Below, piece by piece: positions 47,125-60,722 of a stretch of DNA of 64,000 nt (position 1 is the stretch's first letter; the number at the start of each line of letters is the position of its first letter). Source of the stretch: Lama glama. Lineage: Eukaryota. The stretch lies in NCBI GenBank assembly GCA_028534125.1, contig CM052816.1:41976001-42040000 (forward strand). The letters are read 5' to 3'. Position numbers and translations under genes: made by a program. Under the pieces are notes generated by a model that saw nothing but the letters and a program-made list of their open reading frames with translations, did no database searches and was not told the DNA's origin.

Positions 47125-49388
47125 TTTTCATTGAGATATAAATCACATTCCATAAAATTTATCCTCTTAAAGTGTACAGTACACTGGTGCTTGCTGTTCA
47201 CAGAGTGTACAAACATCATTGCTGTCTAATTTTAGAAAAGTTTCATCACCCCCGAAAGATACCCTGTACCTAATGGCAGTCACTTCTTCCTCCCCCATCC
47301 TTATAGTCTATAACACATGTATTAACATGATATCACTCACACTAATACTAATTAGTGGTATAAACCACTAATCTGATTTTTGTCTCTATGGATTTGTGTG
47401 TTGTGGATATTTCATATGCTTGGAGTCGTTAAGTGTGTGGCACTTTGTGATTGGTTTGTTTCACTTAGCATAACATTTTTAGTTTCATCCATATTGTAGC
47501 ACATAATGGTACATCATTCTGTTTTATTGTAGAATAATATTCCATTTTATGGGTATACCACATTTTGTTTACCCACTAGTCAGTCAGTTGATGGACATTT
47601 GGATTGTTTCAAATTTGGCTATTATAAATAATGCTTTGAATAGGAACATATAAGTTTTTGTATAGTTATGTTTTCAGTTGTCTTCAGTATATATCTCAAA
47701 GTGGAATTAGAGAGTAATAGAATAAGTCTATTTTTAACATGTTGAGGAAATGCCAACCTGTTTTTCAAAGTGGCTGCACTATTTGACAAATCCATGAGTA
47801 ATGTGTAAGGGTTCCAGTCTCTCCACATCCTCTCTAATACATGTTATTTTCAGTCTTTTTGCTTTTAACCATTATAGTGAGTGTAAAGTCATACTTCACC
47901 GGGATTTTGATTTGTGTTTCCTTAATGACCAATGATTTGGTTGAACATCTTTTTGAGTGTTTGTTAGTGAGTTGTATATGTTCTTTGGAGAAATGTCTAT
48001 TCAAACCCTTTTTACATTTTTAAGTAGGTTGATTTGTCTTTTATCGTTGAGATGCAAGGGTTCTTTATATATTCTTGTTACAAGTCTAGTATCAGATATA
48101 TCAGATATATGGCATCTGATGAAAATATATAATACTCTTTCTCCACTCTCTGGTTTGTCTTTTTCTTGATGATTTCCCTTGAACTACAATTTTTAAAATT
48201 TAGATCAGGTGTAATTTTTACATTTTTTCCTTTGTTGGTCGTACTTTTGGTGTTACATCTAAGAATCCATTGCCAGATCTCAGGTGATGAAGATTTACCC
48301 CTGCATTTTCGTAGGGGAGTTTTCTATCTTTAACTCCTATATATGGGTCTTTGATACATTTTAAATTAATTTTCTGTCTATGGTATGAGATAGTTTTTCA
48401 TATTAAATTTTGCATGTGAATATCCAGTTGTCCCAGGACCATGTGTATAAAGATTCTTCCTTTCCCATCGAATTGTCTTGGTACCCTTGTCAAAATTCAG
48501 TTAACCATAAGCTTAAGAATATAATTCTGGACTTTGAATTCTATTCCACTGATCTATATGTCTGTCTTTATCCTAGGGCCACGATATCTTGATTACAACA
48601 GTTTTATGTATAAGTTTTGAAATTAGAAAGTGTGAGTCCTGTTACTTTGTTTTCACTTCATGCATTGGCTCTTCTGGGTCCACTGTAATTCCATATGAAT
48701 TTTAGGATCAGCTTGTAATTTTTTGCAAAAAGCCACCTAGGATTTTGAAAAGGATCATATTTTATTGGTAGATCAATGTGAGTAGTATTTCCATTTTCAT
48801 ATTAAATATTCCAGTCTATGAACGTGAGATGTATTTCTATTTAAACTTCTTATGGATCTTTATTTTCTTTCAAAGGTGTTTTGTAGTTTTCTGTGTGCAA
48901 GTCTTGTGATTCTTTTGTTAAATTTATTTCTAAGTATTTTGTACTGTTTGATGTGATATAAATTGATCTGTTTTCTTAATTTCAGTTTTGGAATTCTTCA
49001 TTACCCAGTTTACAGAAACACAGTTGCTATTGTATGTTAAACATGTGTCCTACAACCTGATGAACTCTTAGTTTTAACAATAATTCTCTTGCCAATTCCT
49101 TAGGATATTTTATACACAAGATGATGTACTCTAAAAATACAGATAGTTTTACTTATTCCTTTTTAATCAGGACATCTTTTACGTATTTCTTTTTCTTGTT
49201 TAATTGCCTCATCTATAACCTTCAGTAATGTTGAATAGAAGTGGCAAGAGCTGACATTGTTGTTTTGTTCTTAGTTTTAGGGGTAAAGCTTTCAGTCTTT
49301 CACCATTAATTATAACATAAATGGAGTGTATTTGTAGATGCTCTTTATCAGATTGAGGAAGTTCCATTTTATTTCTAGTTTGTTTATT
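47125..49388 (-). mobile_element. L1MB-like LINE: 3' UTR plus about 1.6 kb of decayed ORF2
   Basis: ttcattgagatataaatcacattccataaaatttatcctcttaaagtgtacag...; continuous antisense ORF2 motifs (ttctttggagaaatgtctattcaaa; gaatagaagtggcaagag; gattgaggaagttcc). ORF 47622-47828 is an ORF2 remnant. Confidence 0.92.
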
Positions 49389-50649
49389 CCTCTTTGAGTG
49401 TAAATAATTTAAAATAGCTTTTCAATTTAAACAAACTTAATCACTTATACATGAAATTTAAGTTCTGCACAGCTCCTTTCTATAGATTTTATACAGAAGA
49501 TCCATGTGTCATTCTTAGTCCTATTAGCGCTTTACAAATTTAAAATTCTTTAAATTTAACTTCAAAATTAAATGCTTAATACAAATTTAAAGTACTATAG
49601 GCATTTGTTATTCACAAAAACATTATTGAAAAATGAAACCAAACACTGCTAGTTTACAAAATCCACTCTCCTAGATCTTGAGAAAATGAGCTTACAATGA
49701 AATGTTAACCACCCACTCTTTCTGGGCACACTGGGCCATGCAACATTCATCCAGAAAGGAATACTTCATAATGTATGTAGAATATATGTTGTTTTCACTT
49801 TTGCATAGAAGAAAGTGAAAGAGGCAGAGAAGAGATAGAGACAGAACAGAGAGAATGAAATTATTTGGACATTTAACATTATTTTATTTCATCGTGAAAA
49901 GCCATCTTGGAAATTAATTGCCTTTAATCACAAACCACATAGAAAATTTTCTCAGTGCACTGTAGAGTTCTAGGTCTTTTTTTCCCATTTAATTTGTAGC
50001 TTTTAGTCCTGTTTGGATAATCTGAAAGTCAAGAGAGTCAGGGTATGTGTTTGGATATTTTCCTAGTTTGTAGTGAGCCAACATTATATTGTAGTCCTTG
50101 GAAACATAATTATTTTAAAATAAAGGGGTCAAAGTTCCTCCTCTTCCTTTTCACACATGCAGCCAGCTGTTAATAGACCCCCCAAGGTACCTATATTTGT
50201 GGAAAAACAATAAAATTTCTTGGATTCATTGCTTGTAACATTTTAATAGTATATTTAAAATTCATAAAAAGTCAATACTTTGTCACAGTCCTTTGCAGCA
50301 CTTATTTGTATTTCCCTGTCATAATTTGTAGTGCATGTTCACACATGTCCTAATTATCCTATTCTGCAGTGAGTGATTTTAAATAGCTTTTACCAACTAC
50401 TTCCCAGAAAGAAATAATAAGATGATTAATGAGAACATCTATAAAACATTCTGAATGCAGAAAGGAGCAGTTTTTAAAGCTAAAAATAATGAACTATTAT
50501 AGGGAGCATTTTTAAATTTCTATGTCTACAGAAATATATTTGTTTTGGCATAATGATATGTGAATCCACACCTTCAAGATGCTGTTTTTAGACTTGTCCT
50601 CTATTTGAGTGAAATATCTATAATTCTTGGATTAATTTCTTTTGAAATG

Positions 50650-51450
50650 AAATTTTATTTTTATTGTAAAATAATTATATTTATAAAAACATTTTAATAA
50701 GTAAGAATTAAAATTAAAAATAAAATCTCCTATATTCTCTCCTCAAAGTGACTACTGTTAATCTATCAGTAAATGTCTTTCTAGTTGATCTATCAGTCTA
50801 TAAATCATACAGACACATATTAGTCTATCACAGTAATTACTAAATAAATGAACAATGTGTGTAAAATTTTATATTTTTACAGTGTAGTGTTACTACATTG
50901 TACATGTTTCTTTGCTACCACTTTTTCTCTTAATGATGCATTAAAACTTTCTATAGTTTCTAGAATTCTACCCCATTATTTAGTGGCTAAATGTGTCCTA
51001 TAGCTAAACATAACCAATTTCCTATTGGTAAATATTTATATAGATTGACTTTCTTCATTTCATTTGTAATCGATGATGAGACTCTTGTCAATTAAGCCCA
51101 CTGTGTAACTTTAGGAAAAATTCTCAGAACCAAAACTGCCACGTGTTCTGGTTCTGTGACTACATACAACTAATAGATTCTGGCAAAGTACCTTTCAGAA
51201 AGATGATGGCAGTTTACGTTTCTACCAGCAGTGTGTGAAAGTTCCCATGCCCTGTGGCCTAGGCTGGGTCTCCATCTTATTTTAATTAATTGCCAATAAT
51301 ATATGAGAAAAAAGACATCTGACACCTCATTATTTCATTTTACTTGAATTAAATACTGAATTAAGTATTAATATTTTCCAGTCTGTTTTATCTCTCTTTA
51401 AATTGCCTGCTTTGCTTCTTTAAGTTTGAGGTTTGATGTCTGTCAATAAC
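50650..51450 (-). mobile_element. Old L1ME-like fragments
   Basis: taaccaatttcctattggtaaatattta...gcagtttacgtttctaccagcagtgtgtgaaagttccc. Confidence 0.5.
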
Positions 51451-51689
51451 TGAAAAAAATCAACAATGTAGGTTATTTTTTCCTAAAGTTGGGGGGGAAA
51501 AACAAATTGTTGTCAAATAAATTAAATAATTTTTTACTTGAGGCATTTTTTAAATAGAAAAACTTTAAATATTTTATTATCAGTATTATTTCCTTCAGAT
51601 TCATTGGCTTGTAATTGGGGTGGGGGCTGTATTACTGTTTTCAAATGTACTTCTTTTTAGGCTTATAATACTTTAGTTAATACATGGGA

Positions 51690-52015
51690 TACATTATTTA
51701 TGATTTCTTAGATATGGATACTCCAACAATAGTGTATCTAAAAAGTATGTGAATTACAAAATTGTTTATGATCAATGAATTTCTTTTCAATAGTAATCTT
51801 TCCAGAATAGATAGAGTATAAATTTCCTAAAATATTGATACAGACTATGTATATCTAAAATATGTTATGTCAAATGATGTAACTGTTGGTGGTCAAATAA
51901 TTTTGAGGAGTGTGCAATTCATTTGATGAAATATTCTATAAGTTACATGTGTGTGGATATGTATACTTTACTTTATGGGCTAAATGTGAAAACTGTTTCC
52001 TGCAATATGTGGCCT
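51690..52015. mobile_element. Possible hAT-Charlie fragment
   Basis: AT-rich tract with actgttggtggtcaaataattttga, resembling Charlie4-type ends; weak. Confidence 0.3.
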
Positions 52016-52390
52016 AAGGTAATGTCCATGCTGTACTTTTTAATGAATTTCAGGTTATAAGAAGATTTAAGTTTGTAAGAGTTTGCTCTTTGCATTGCCT
52101 TTTAGAGAATACCTTTTATTTTTAGTTTTTTAAGACCCTGACCACATCAGACCAATTTCCTGTTGCTTAACAATGTAACGTACAATTTGAAAGGTGTTGG
52201 ACAAGTCACTTCATTTATACCTATTTAGACTATTTATTTATCTTTAATTGAACAACCAAAATACCATATCTTTTATAGAATATGGATGTTTACAGTGAAT
52301 CTCAATTTCATAGTAGTCTCAGTTTAAATAATAATTAAAGAAAGATAATAAAAATAAAAGTACACATTCTCCAAGAAAGCTTAGCTAATG

Positions 52391-54730
52391 CAGCTAAACT
52401 TCAAAGATACTGCTGGTTCAGTTCTGGACCACCACAATGAAGGGAATATTGCAATAAAGCAAGTTACATGAATTGTTTGGTTTCCCAGCACATAAAAAAA
52501 TTATGTTTACACTATAATGTAGTCTGTTGTGTACAATAGCATTATATCTAAAAAAAATCAGCATAGATACCTTAACTGAAACATATCTTATTGCTAAAAA
52601 AATGCTAACCATCATCTGAGACTTCAGCAAGTTGTAATCTTTTTGCTTGTGGAAGATCTCATCTTGTTGATGGCTTTTCAGGATGGTGGTTGTTAAAGGT
52701 TGGTGCTGTATCAATTTTTTAAAACAAGACCACAACAAAGCTTGCCACATCAGTTGACTCTTCTTTTATGAATGATTTCTCTATAGCATTTAAGGCTGTT
52801 TGATTACATTTTGCCCAGAGTAGAACTTTTTTCAAAATCAAACCCTACTGCTACTTAATCAACTAAGTTTATGTACTATTCTAAAACCTTTGTTTACATT
52901 TCAGCAAATATCATAGCATCTTCACCAAGAATAGATGTCATCTCAAGAAACCACTTTCTTTGCTCATCTGTAAGAAATAGCTCCTCATTAATTAAAACTT
53001 CATCATAAATTTGCAGCAATGCAGTCACATCTTCAGGCTCCACTTCTAATTCTAGTTCTCTTGCTATTTCCATCACATGAAAATTACTTCCTCCACTGAA
53101 GTCTTGAACCCTTCACAGTCATCCATGATGTTTGGAATCAGTTTCTTCCAAACTCCTGTTAATGTTGCTATTTTGACCTCTTCCCATGAATCATGAATGG
53201 TCTTAATGGCATCTAGAATAGTGAATCCTTTCCTGAAGGTTTTCATTTAACTTTGCCCACATCATCAGAGGAATCAGTATCTATGGCAACTGTAGGCTTT
53301 AAAATGTATTTCTTAAAGAATAAACTTGAAAGTTGAAATTACTTCTTGATCCATGGGCTGAAGACTGGATGTTGTGTTAAAGGGATGAGAACAATGTGAA
53401 TCTCATTGTACATCTCCATCAGAGATCTTGGGTGACCAGGTGAATTGTCAATGAGCAGTAATATTTTGTAAGAAATCTTTTTGATGAGCAGTTGATGTAA
53501 AAAGTGGGCTTAAATATTTATTAAACCATGTTATAAACAGATGTGTTGTCATTCAGTCTTTGTTGTTCCATTTATAAAGTGAAGGCAGAGTAGATTTAGC
53601 CTAATTCTTAGATACCCTAGATTTGGGGGATGCTAACTGAGCATTGGCTTCAACTCTAAGTCACTAGCTACATTAATGCCTAACAGGAGAGTGAGGTAGT
53701 CCTTTGAAGCTTTGAAGCCAGGTATTGATTTCTCCTCTCTAGCTATGAAAAACCCACATGGCATACTCTTCAAATATAAGGCTGTTTTGTCTACATTGAA
53801 AATCTGTTATTTAGTATATCCACCACCGTTAATGATTTTAGCTAGATCTTCTAGATAACTTGTTGCAGCATCTGCATCAGTACTTTCTGCTTCACCTTGC
53901 ACTTTGATGCTTCTTTGGATGCATTTATAGAGATGACTTCTTTCCTTAAAACTCATGAACCAACTTCTGCTGGCTTCAAACTTACACAGCTTCCTTATCT
54001 CTGTCTACATAGATTTGAAGAGTTAGGCTTGCGCCTTGGCTTGAAAGAATCCTGTAGCTAATTTAACCTCTTATCCAGACCACTTAAACTTTCTCCCTAT
54101 AAGCAGTAAGGCTGTTTCACTTTCTTATCATTGTTGTGTCCACTGGAGCAGTAGTTTTAATTTCATTCAAGAACTTTCCACTTGCATTCACAACTTGGCT
54201 AAGTGTTTTAACATAGATTTCAGCCTATCTCAGCTTTCGACATACCTTTCCCAGTAAGCTTAGTATTTTCTAGCTTTTGACTTAAAGTGAGAAACATGTG
54301 ACTCTTCCTTTCACTTGAACGCTTAGAGGCCATTGTAAGGTTTTTAACTGGATAAATTTCAATATTGTGTCTTGGGGAATAGGGAGACCCAAAGAAAGGG
54401 AGAAAGGAGAACAGCTGGTTGGTGGAGAAGTCAGAACACACACATTTATTAAGTTCAACATCTTATATGGGCATGGTTTGTGGCACTCCAAAATAATTGC
54501 AATAGTAGCATCAACTTTCACTGATCATAAATCACCATAACAGAAATAATATAATAATAAAAAAGTTTGAAATATTGTGAGAATTATCAAAATGTGACAT
54601 AGAGACAAGAAGTGATAAAATGCTGTTGGGAAAATGAAGCCAATAGATTTGCCCAAAGCAGAGTTGTCCCAAACTTTCACAGTTGTAGAAAATGCAATAT
54701 CTACAAATTAATAATCCCTACAGGCAGGAT
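52391..54730 (-). mobile_element. Tigger1 (TcMar-Tigger) DNA transposon, near full length (about 2.3 kb)
   Basis: Left end cagctaaacttcaaagatactgctggttcagttctggaccacc matches the Tigger1 terminus. The right end is degenerate after aatgcaatatct. Transposase peptides lie inside. Confidence 0.95.
52575..54333 (-). pseudogene. Decayed Tigger1 (pogo/CENP-B family) transposase
   Basis: N-terminus MASKRSSERKSHMFLTLSQKLENTKLTGKGMSKAEIG (ATG at 54333) and EIARELELEVEPEDVTALLQ...DEQRKWFLEM (ORF 52894-53076) match the Tigger1/TIGD1-type protein; broken by stops and frameshifts. Confidence 0.9.
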
Positions 54731-54739
54731 TGTATCTTT

Positions 54740-55470
54740 AATTATTATTTTATTGTACAAGTCTTTTTGTAGGCATATATGTTTGTTTACCTTAGTAAAA
54801 CAACTGGGAGCAGAATTGCTAGATTATTGAATTGGCTAATTATAAGTAACTGCCAAAACTTTTTCCAGAATAGCTGTACCATTTACACTTCCATCAATAG
54901 TTCCAGTTGTTCCATATCCTCATCAAAATTCGATGTTTCCAGTCTTTTAAATAAGACACTCTAACTGTGTGTATAATGGTATCTTAGTGTTATCTGTTCA
55001 AGTTTTGCATATTGTTATTGAATTATTTGTCTTTTTATTATTGAATTGTGAGAATTCTTTATATATTCTGGGTGCAATCTTTGATGAGATATATTTATTA
55101 ATACTTTTTCTCATCTGAGGTTTGCCTATTAATTTTCTTAATTATGTCTTTTGATAAGCAGAAGAATTTTAATTAATTTTTTTCCTTTTATGAATCTTAT
55201 GTTTTATATCCTAAAATATCTCTCTTTATCCCAGGTAATGAATATATTCTTATGAAAGCTTTATCAATTTATCTTTTATTTTTAAGTCTGTGATCTAATA
55301 AAAAATATTAACTTTTTCTATATTGTGAGTTATGGGTTATGTTAAACTTTTTTCCTTTATATGCATATCCAGTTGTTCTAGTTCCATTTATTGAAAACAC
55401 ATTCCTTTCCCCACGGAGTTGCTTTGGTGTGTTTGTTGAAAATTAGTTAATTATATGAGTATGGAGTAAC
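54740..55470 (-). mobile_element. L1M (MC/ME-like) remnant
   Basis: aactgccaaaactttttccagaatagctgtaccatttacacttccatc...atatccagttgttctagttccatttattgaaaa. Confidence 0.8.
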
Positions 55471-56016
55471 TTGTTCAAGCATTTTCTTCCTTAATAGATT
55501 CTGTTAGTGTCAAGAGTATTGATTGCTGAGTTTAATGCATAGCACAGAGGGACAATTTTTATATTAAATTTTAAAGTTATTATTTGTGGATTAAATATAC
55601 CGTCTCAATTAAAAAATGTTTACATTTAAAGCTTTCTTATATTTGCATGAGGCCTCATGAGAGATAATATGATGGACAAATACAGTGGAAAGAAATGGCA
55701 GGAGATACAAATGAACATAAGATGTCAGAGTCAAAATAGTTAGGGAGACAGAGAAAAGGGGAGAGGGAATACAGGCCAGTTGTATGATACCAAAGAACTG
55801 GGAAGGTAATTTAAGTTTTGATTGAGAAAAATAGATCTTAGTTTCTTTGAAATGTACCCAGAGATTTAGTTTTTTACCTTGTAGTTTTTAAATTGAATTC
55901 AGTTTGTCAGACTGACAAATGAACACAAAATGTTAGTCCTAATGCAAGGTCAGTTAAGCCCCAATTTAGTGTCATGCTTTTCCAGTTTGTTGTTTCAGCC
56001 ACCAAAAATATATATT

Positions 56017-56027
56017 CCCCCCCCCCC
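56017..56027. repeat. Poly(C)11 tract
   Basis: Directly visible. Confidence 0.85.
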
Positions 56028-58234
56028 GAACTTGAATAGATGAAGATCACATTTTTGCCTTCAAGGTATTTTTCCATTTATCTGGATGCTTAGTTTTTTT
56101 CTTTGAAGGGAAACTACCCACTGGGCTGGATTTTATGGGAAATTTAAAGTTGCAGTGGTTTTGATAGAAGTCTACTTATAGTAAGTTATGATGGGATACT
56201 GATTAGCCACCTCTATAAATGACCCACTCCCATTTGCCAGGAGATTTCTTGTCCCATTCTCACCTTCTATACATACTCAAAGGTTCTGCTGAACAGTATG
56301 GATTGCTGTTAAGCAGGCATGTGGTGCTGTCAATTGGTTGGTCATTTTCCATCTATTTCATCCACACGCTCCAGATACGCACTAAATTAATGAAAAATTG
56401 CTTATAAGAAAAGATTTAAATTAAGTGTACATTCTGTTGATGTTTTGGGGAAAAACTGTCTCCTTAAAAAATAATCTATCATTGGCAAATGGAGAGCTTA
56501 TACAGGAGAAAAAGTTGGATATCTCCTGAGGTTGCTTATTGATTTAGATCCTCATCCTTCTCAGAGTGCCAATTATATTTTTTTAAGTTCCTTTACTTTC
56601 AGTCAAAAATAATATTTTTATTTGGGAATAAAATCCTTAATACAGCATGCATAATTATTCTTATTGAACTTGATTTTTTGAGGAAATAATAATAAAGTAG
56701 ACTACAAATTACCCACAGAAGAAAAAGACATATGCCAGAGAGAATTTATAAGCCAAAAAACTTAATTTTTCTTATTCTGTCATTGTTAAATATATCATCT
56801 AAGTAATGACTTCTTTTTGTCCTAAAGAGGTGCTTAATTGCACTAAATTTAACTGACTTTTTTTTTGTATATGTAGTTAGTGTTAGTTCATTGCTTCATG
56901 TACAGTAAGTAGCATACTAGTATAAAGTAGCAGGAAAAAAATTTTAATTGAATTTAATTTTAGGACAAAATGAAAATAAAATACTGCAGCCCTGTTTTTT
57001 CCCTACAGGGTAAAATTTTTCATAGTTCGGTACTTTATGACATTAATTTTTTGCCTTATCTCAGGAGAAGGGACTGACTTTACAATTTATAAAATACACA
57101 AAACACGGACTTGAAAATATGTGTTTGTGTTTTTATAGCCACATTATTAACTGATATATTTGATGGTTTTATTTAAAGATTTTTGTGATTTATTTATGGA
57201 ATGCCATTTTTTTAATGGACTCTAGGGAGAGGTAAGAAGTCTTGGCTCTGAAAACTGCTAGTGCCATGGAGAATTATTAAAGTTACAAGCTAGATAAGAG
57301 GAACATTTTTATCTTTTCTAACCATAACCATAGTTCTCTTTGTTTAAAAATAAAGTTAACATTTTCTACAATGAACATCTGGGTATCAAATGAGGAAGAA
57401 TGTGATGTGTAGGTAGGACTTCAAACACAGCTTAATGAGGACTACTTATTACAGCCTTACGGATTCTGTCCCATCCTTACCATGCTTCAACTTGACCAAT
57501 GGGAAGACACACACATGTGGAATTACCTTCCTTCCCTTTCTTCCTGTTTCTACTGCTTCCCAGGAGATAAGTGGATTTTGTAGTAATTCTGTAACATTGT
57601 AAACTAGCAGATTCTTTTGATCCACCCAACAATCTAAAGATATATATGTATGTATGTATTTTTATGGAGCTGATCTTGTTCTCTCTCATTTAATTCAGAC
57701 CTTTCTTTCCTTCTGCATTGAAGTATTGTAGAAGTCTTTAATAAGCTAATATTCCATGTCCACTGCTAAAATTGATGCCAAAAAAACCAGGAAAATACTA
57801 TTTCAGAGTTTTTAGGATTTTATTTAGAATGACTCTACAATGTAAAGAATTGATGCTCTGATTGTTTGCATTACCTTTTCAGGGACACAAAGACAGTAGC
57901 ACAGCCAGGATTAGAAATCAGATAGCTTGATTTCTAGTCTATATCTTTATGCATTGTACTCACTATTGCCTTGAAATCAATTGATACTGTTTGTTTTGGA
58001 GATAGGAAATATATTCAACAAACAGATGCTAAAATATATAGTTTACTGTCAGAAGGAACGCAATAAAACTTCAGTAATATAAATAAGCCCTTCCAACATT
58101 TTATAAATAGGGACTAAATATCACAGAAAGTTGCCAGTTGTTACTCTAATCTTAAACATAGATGCCAGTTGAATTTGGAAAAGCTGAGTTAGACTTAAAC
58201 TAGTTTCTTTACTGCCAGACTTTATGAAATCCTA

Positions 58235-58500
58235 TGTCAATCTACATTCCCACCAGCAACATAAATGGGTTCCACTTGCTCCATATTCAGGTCAATACTT
58301 AGTATTTTTGTCTATTGAAAAAATTTTAATTATTCCAATATCTGTGTGTTGGTATCTCATTAAAGTTTTTAATTTGCATTTCCCTGTTAACTAATAATAT
58401 CGAGCACCTTTCAGTGTACTTATTGGTCATTCATTTAGGTTCTTTGTGAAGTATCTGTTTAAATATTTTCATGATTTTTTTTTAATTGAGATTTTTATTG
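58235..58500 (-). mobile_element. L1M remnant
   Basis: aatctacattcccaccagcaac...ttttaatttgcatttccctgttaactaataatatcgagcacct. Confidence 0.75.
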
Positions 58501-58769
58501 TGTCATGTGCTAAGTAGAGTTTTAGGCATTGGACAGTAAGGTCGAATTTCTGTTTAATATAAAGAATGCCATTCTTCCTCTTCCATAATCAGTATTATGA
58601 TTCTAAATAGAATTCTTAAAAATCATTTTATATATCTTTCCATTGCTCCTTTAGTTGGTTCCTATTCTTTTCTCTTAGTCTTTGTTCATATGAACATGTA
58701 ATCTCCATGGTGGTTATAAGGACCAGACATAATTCTCATTTACTTTCTAAATTTAACAAGTAATTAATA

Positions 58770-58930
58770 GCTTTCTAAGAGTATGAGGTATGAGCTTTTC
58801 AGTGATGGGCTGGGCTGACCTAACATCTTATGAGTTTCCTACCATGAGGTCTTTTAAGCAGAATCTAGATAATTACTTGGAAGAGATAACTGTGGAAGTT
58901 ATTCTACGGTGTATGACAGACGTGATCCTT
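58770..58930 (+). mobile_element. L3/CR1 3' fragment
   Basis: tatgagtttcctaccatgaggtcttttaagcagaatctagataattacttgg resembles the L3 3' region. Confidence 0.45.
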
Positions 58931-59469
58931 GCTTTGAGATGATGTAAAAAGAAGTACACTGTTGTGAAAAGAGGCCTAATGATTCAGAGGTCTGGTATTA
59001 GTGTTTATAAAGAGTTTTAAAGCAGCATTAGAAGCAGACTCACAGAAGTCTCTAATACTGTCTCCTGGTTCATATTTTTGGATAATAGTGTTTTCTATTT
59101 TTTCTAGTTATTTTTTTTACCAATACTATGGTTTTTCCTTTCTAATATCTTCTTGATAAGGAACAGCTCTTCTCTTACAGAAAATTCAGTTAACTTGGGA
59201 TCTTCCAAACATACTCACAGTATAAAACTAAGAATCTCCAAGAAAAAGACAAAGTTCCCGGATAAGACAGTGCTAAGTTCCTGTTTCTCTGTCCTTTTGT
59301 GAGTGAATAATCATGGTAAACAAGAGGGCAAAATAGAGCATAGAATCAGCAATATGTTATACTAACAAGACATATGAAATCTTTGTAAAAATTTTTCTCT
59401 GAATTGCACTTGAGACCTGTGACCTCTGTGACATGGTTAAAGCAGAGTCTAAAAATAATACTGTATATG

Positions 59470-60722
59470 AGATTTTTTATCAATGTTGAGTTATTCTTTG
59501 TATATTTTAAATTCAAATCCTTTGTTACACATGCATATTTTTTCCAATCTGTGGCTTACCCTTTCACTTTTTAACATGGTCTTTGCAAGAGTAGAATTTA
59601 CTAATTTTTATTGAATCTAATGAATTCATTTGTGATTCTTATTTTTTTTTTAATGTGTACTGTATAAAAACTATACACTTTTCTAAAGGTCACAAAAATG
59701 TTCCCCTGTTTACTTCTAGAAGTTTTACAGTACCAGTTTTACATTTAATCAATGATCCATTTCAAGTTAATTTTTGCGTGTGGTATAAGAGTGGGCATCT
59801 GTGATCCTTTTGTTTTTTCTACATGATTGTTCAATTATTACGATATTATTTATTGTGAAAACTATAAATCACCATTGAAATACCTTGCACTTTTGTTGAA
59901 ATTCAGTTTACCATATCAGTCTGATTATACTGCTAGACTGTCTACTTTGTTCCAAAGACATATGCCAATCTATACACCAATATCACAGTCTTTATTATAG
60001 TCATTTTCTAATATATCTTAAAATCAGTTAGAGTAAGTTTTCCAACTTTCTGTTTTAAAATTATTTTGGCTACTTTAGGTCTCTTGCATTTACACATAAA
60101 TTTTAGAAACAGCTTGTCAGCTTCTACATTAAAAACTTGCCAGATTTTGAGTTTTATTGCCTATAATCTATAAATGGATTTGTGGAAGACTATGGCTTTA
60201 CAAAATTGAGTCCCTAGATTCATGAACATGGTACATCTTTGTATTTATTTAGTTTTTAATTTCTCTCATTAATAATTTGTAATTTTCAGTGTGTAGATTT
60301 TAAACCCATGAAATTTATTCCAGTTTCATGTTTTGGGGTTCTATCATAAATGACAGTATTTATATTTCATATTTTTCAGTGCTAGTAAATAAAAATACAC
60401 ATGATACTGGCCTTGAATCCTATGAATTGGCTAAACACGGTTATTTGTTCTACTAGCTTTTCTTCTCCACGATTGTTAGGATTTTCTATATCTGTAATCT
60501 ATCATCTGAGAATATTTTCCTTGTTTTAAATATGTATGATTATTTTTCTTTTACTAGTCTTATTGCACTACCTAAGACCTCCCATAAAATGTTAAATCTA
60601 AATAGTAAGAGTAGACATTCTTGTCTTCTTCCTGATCTTAGGGAGGAAGAATTCAGTACTTTCAAGTAAATAGGATGCTATATGTAGATTTTACATAGAT
60701 GCCCTTTATCAAATTTAGGACA
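59470..60722 (-). mobile_element. L1M ORF2 remnant
   Basis: tttccaatctgtggcttaccct...atgatccatttcaagttaattttt...aaattttagaaacagcttgtc...gagtagacattcttgtcttcttcctgatcttaggg. Confidence 0.85.

Noticed and set aside
55220..55240. Recursive splice site (ctctttatcccAG|GTAATG); similar AG|GT at about 12760, 20048 and 21926
   Set aside because: It lies in an antisense L1 remnant, and the others have weak donors; expected by chance without RNA-seq saw-tooth evidence.
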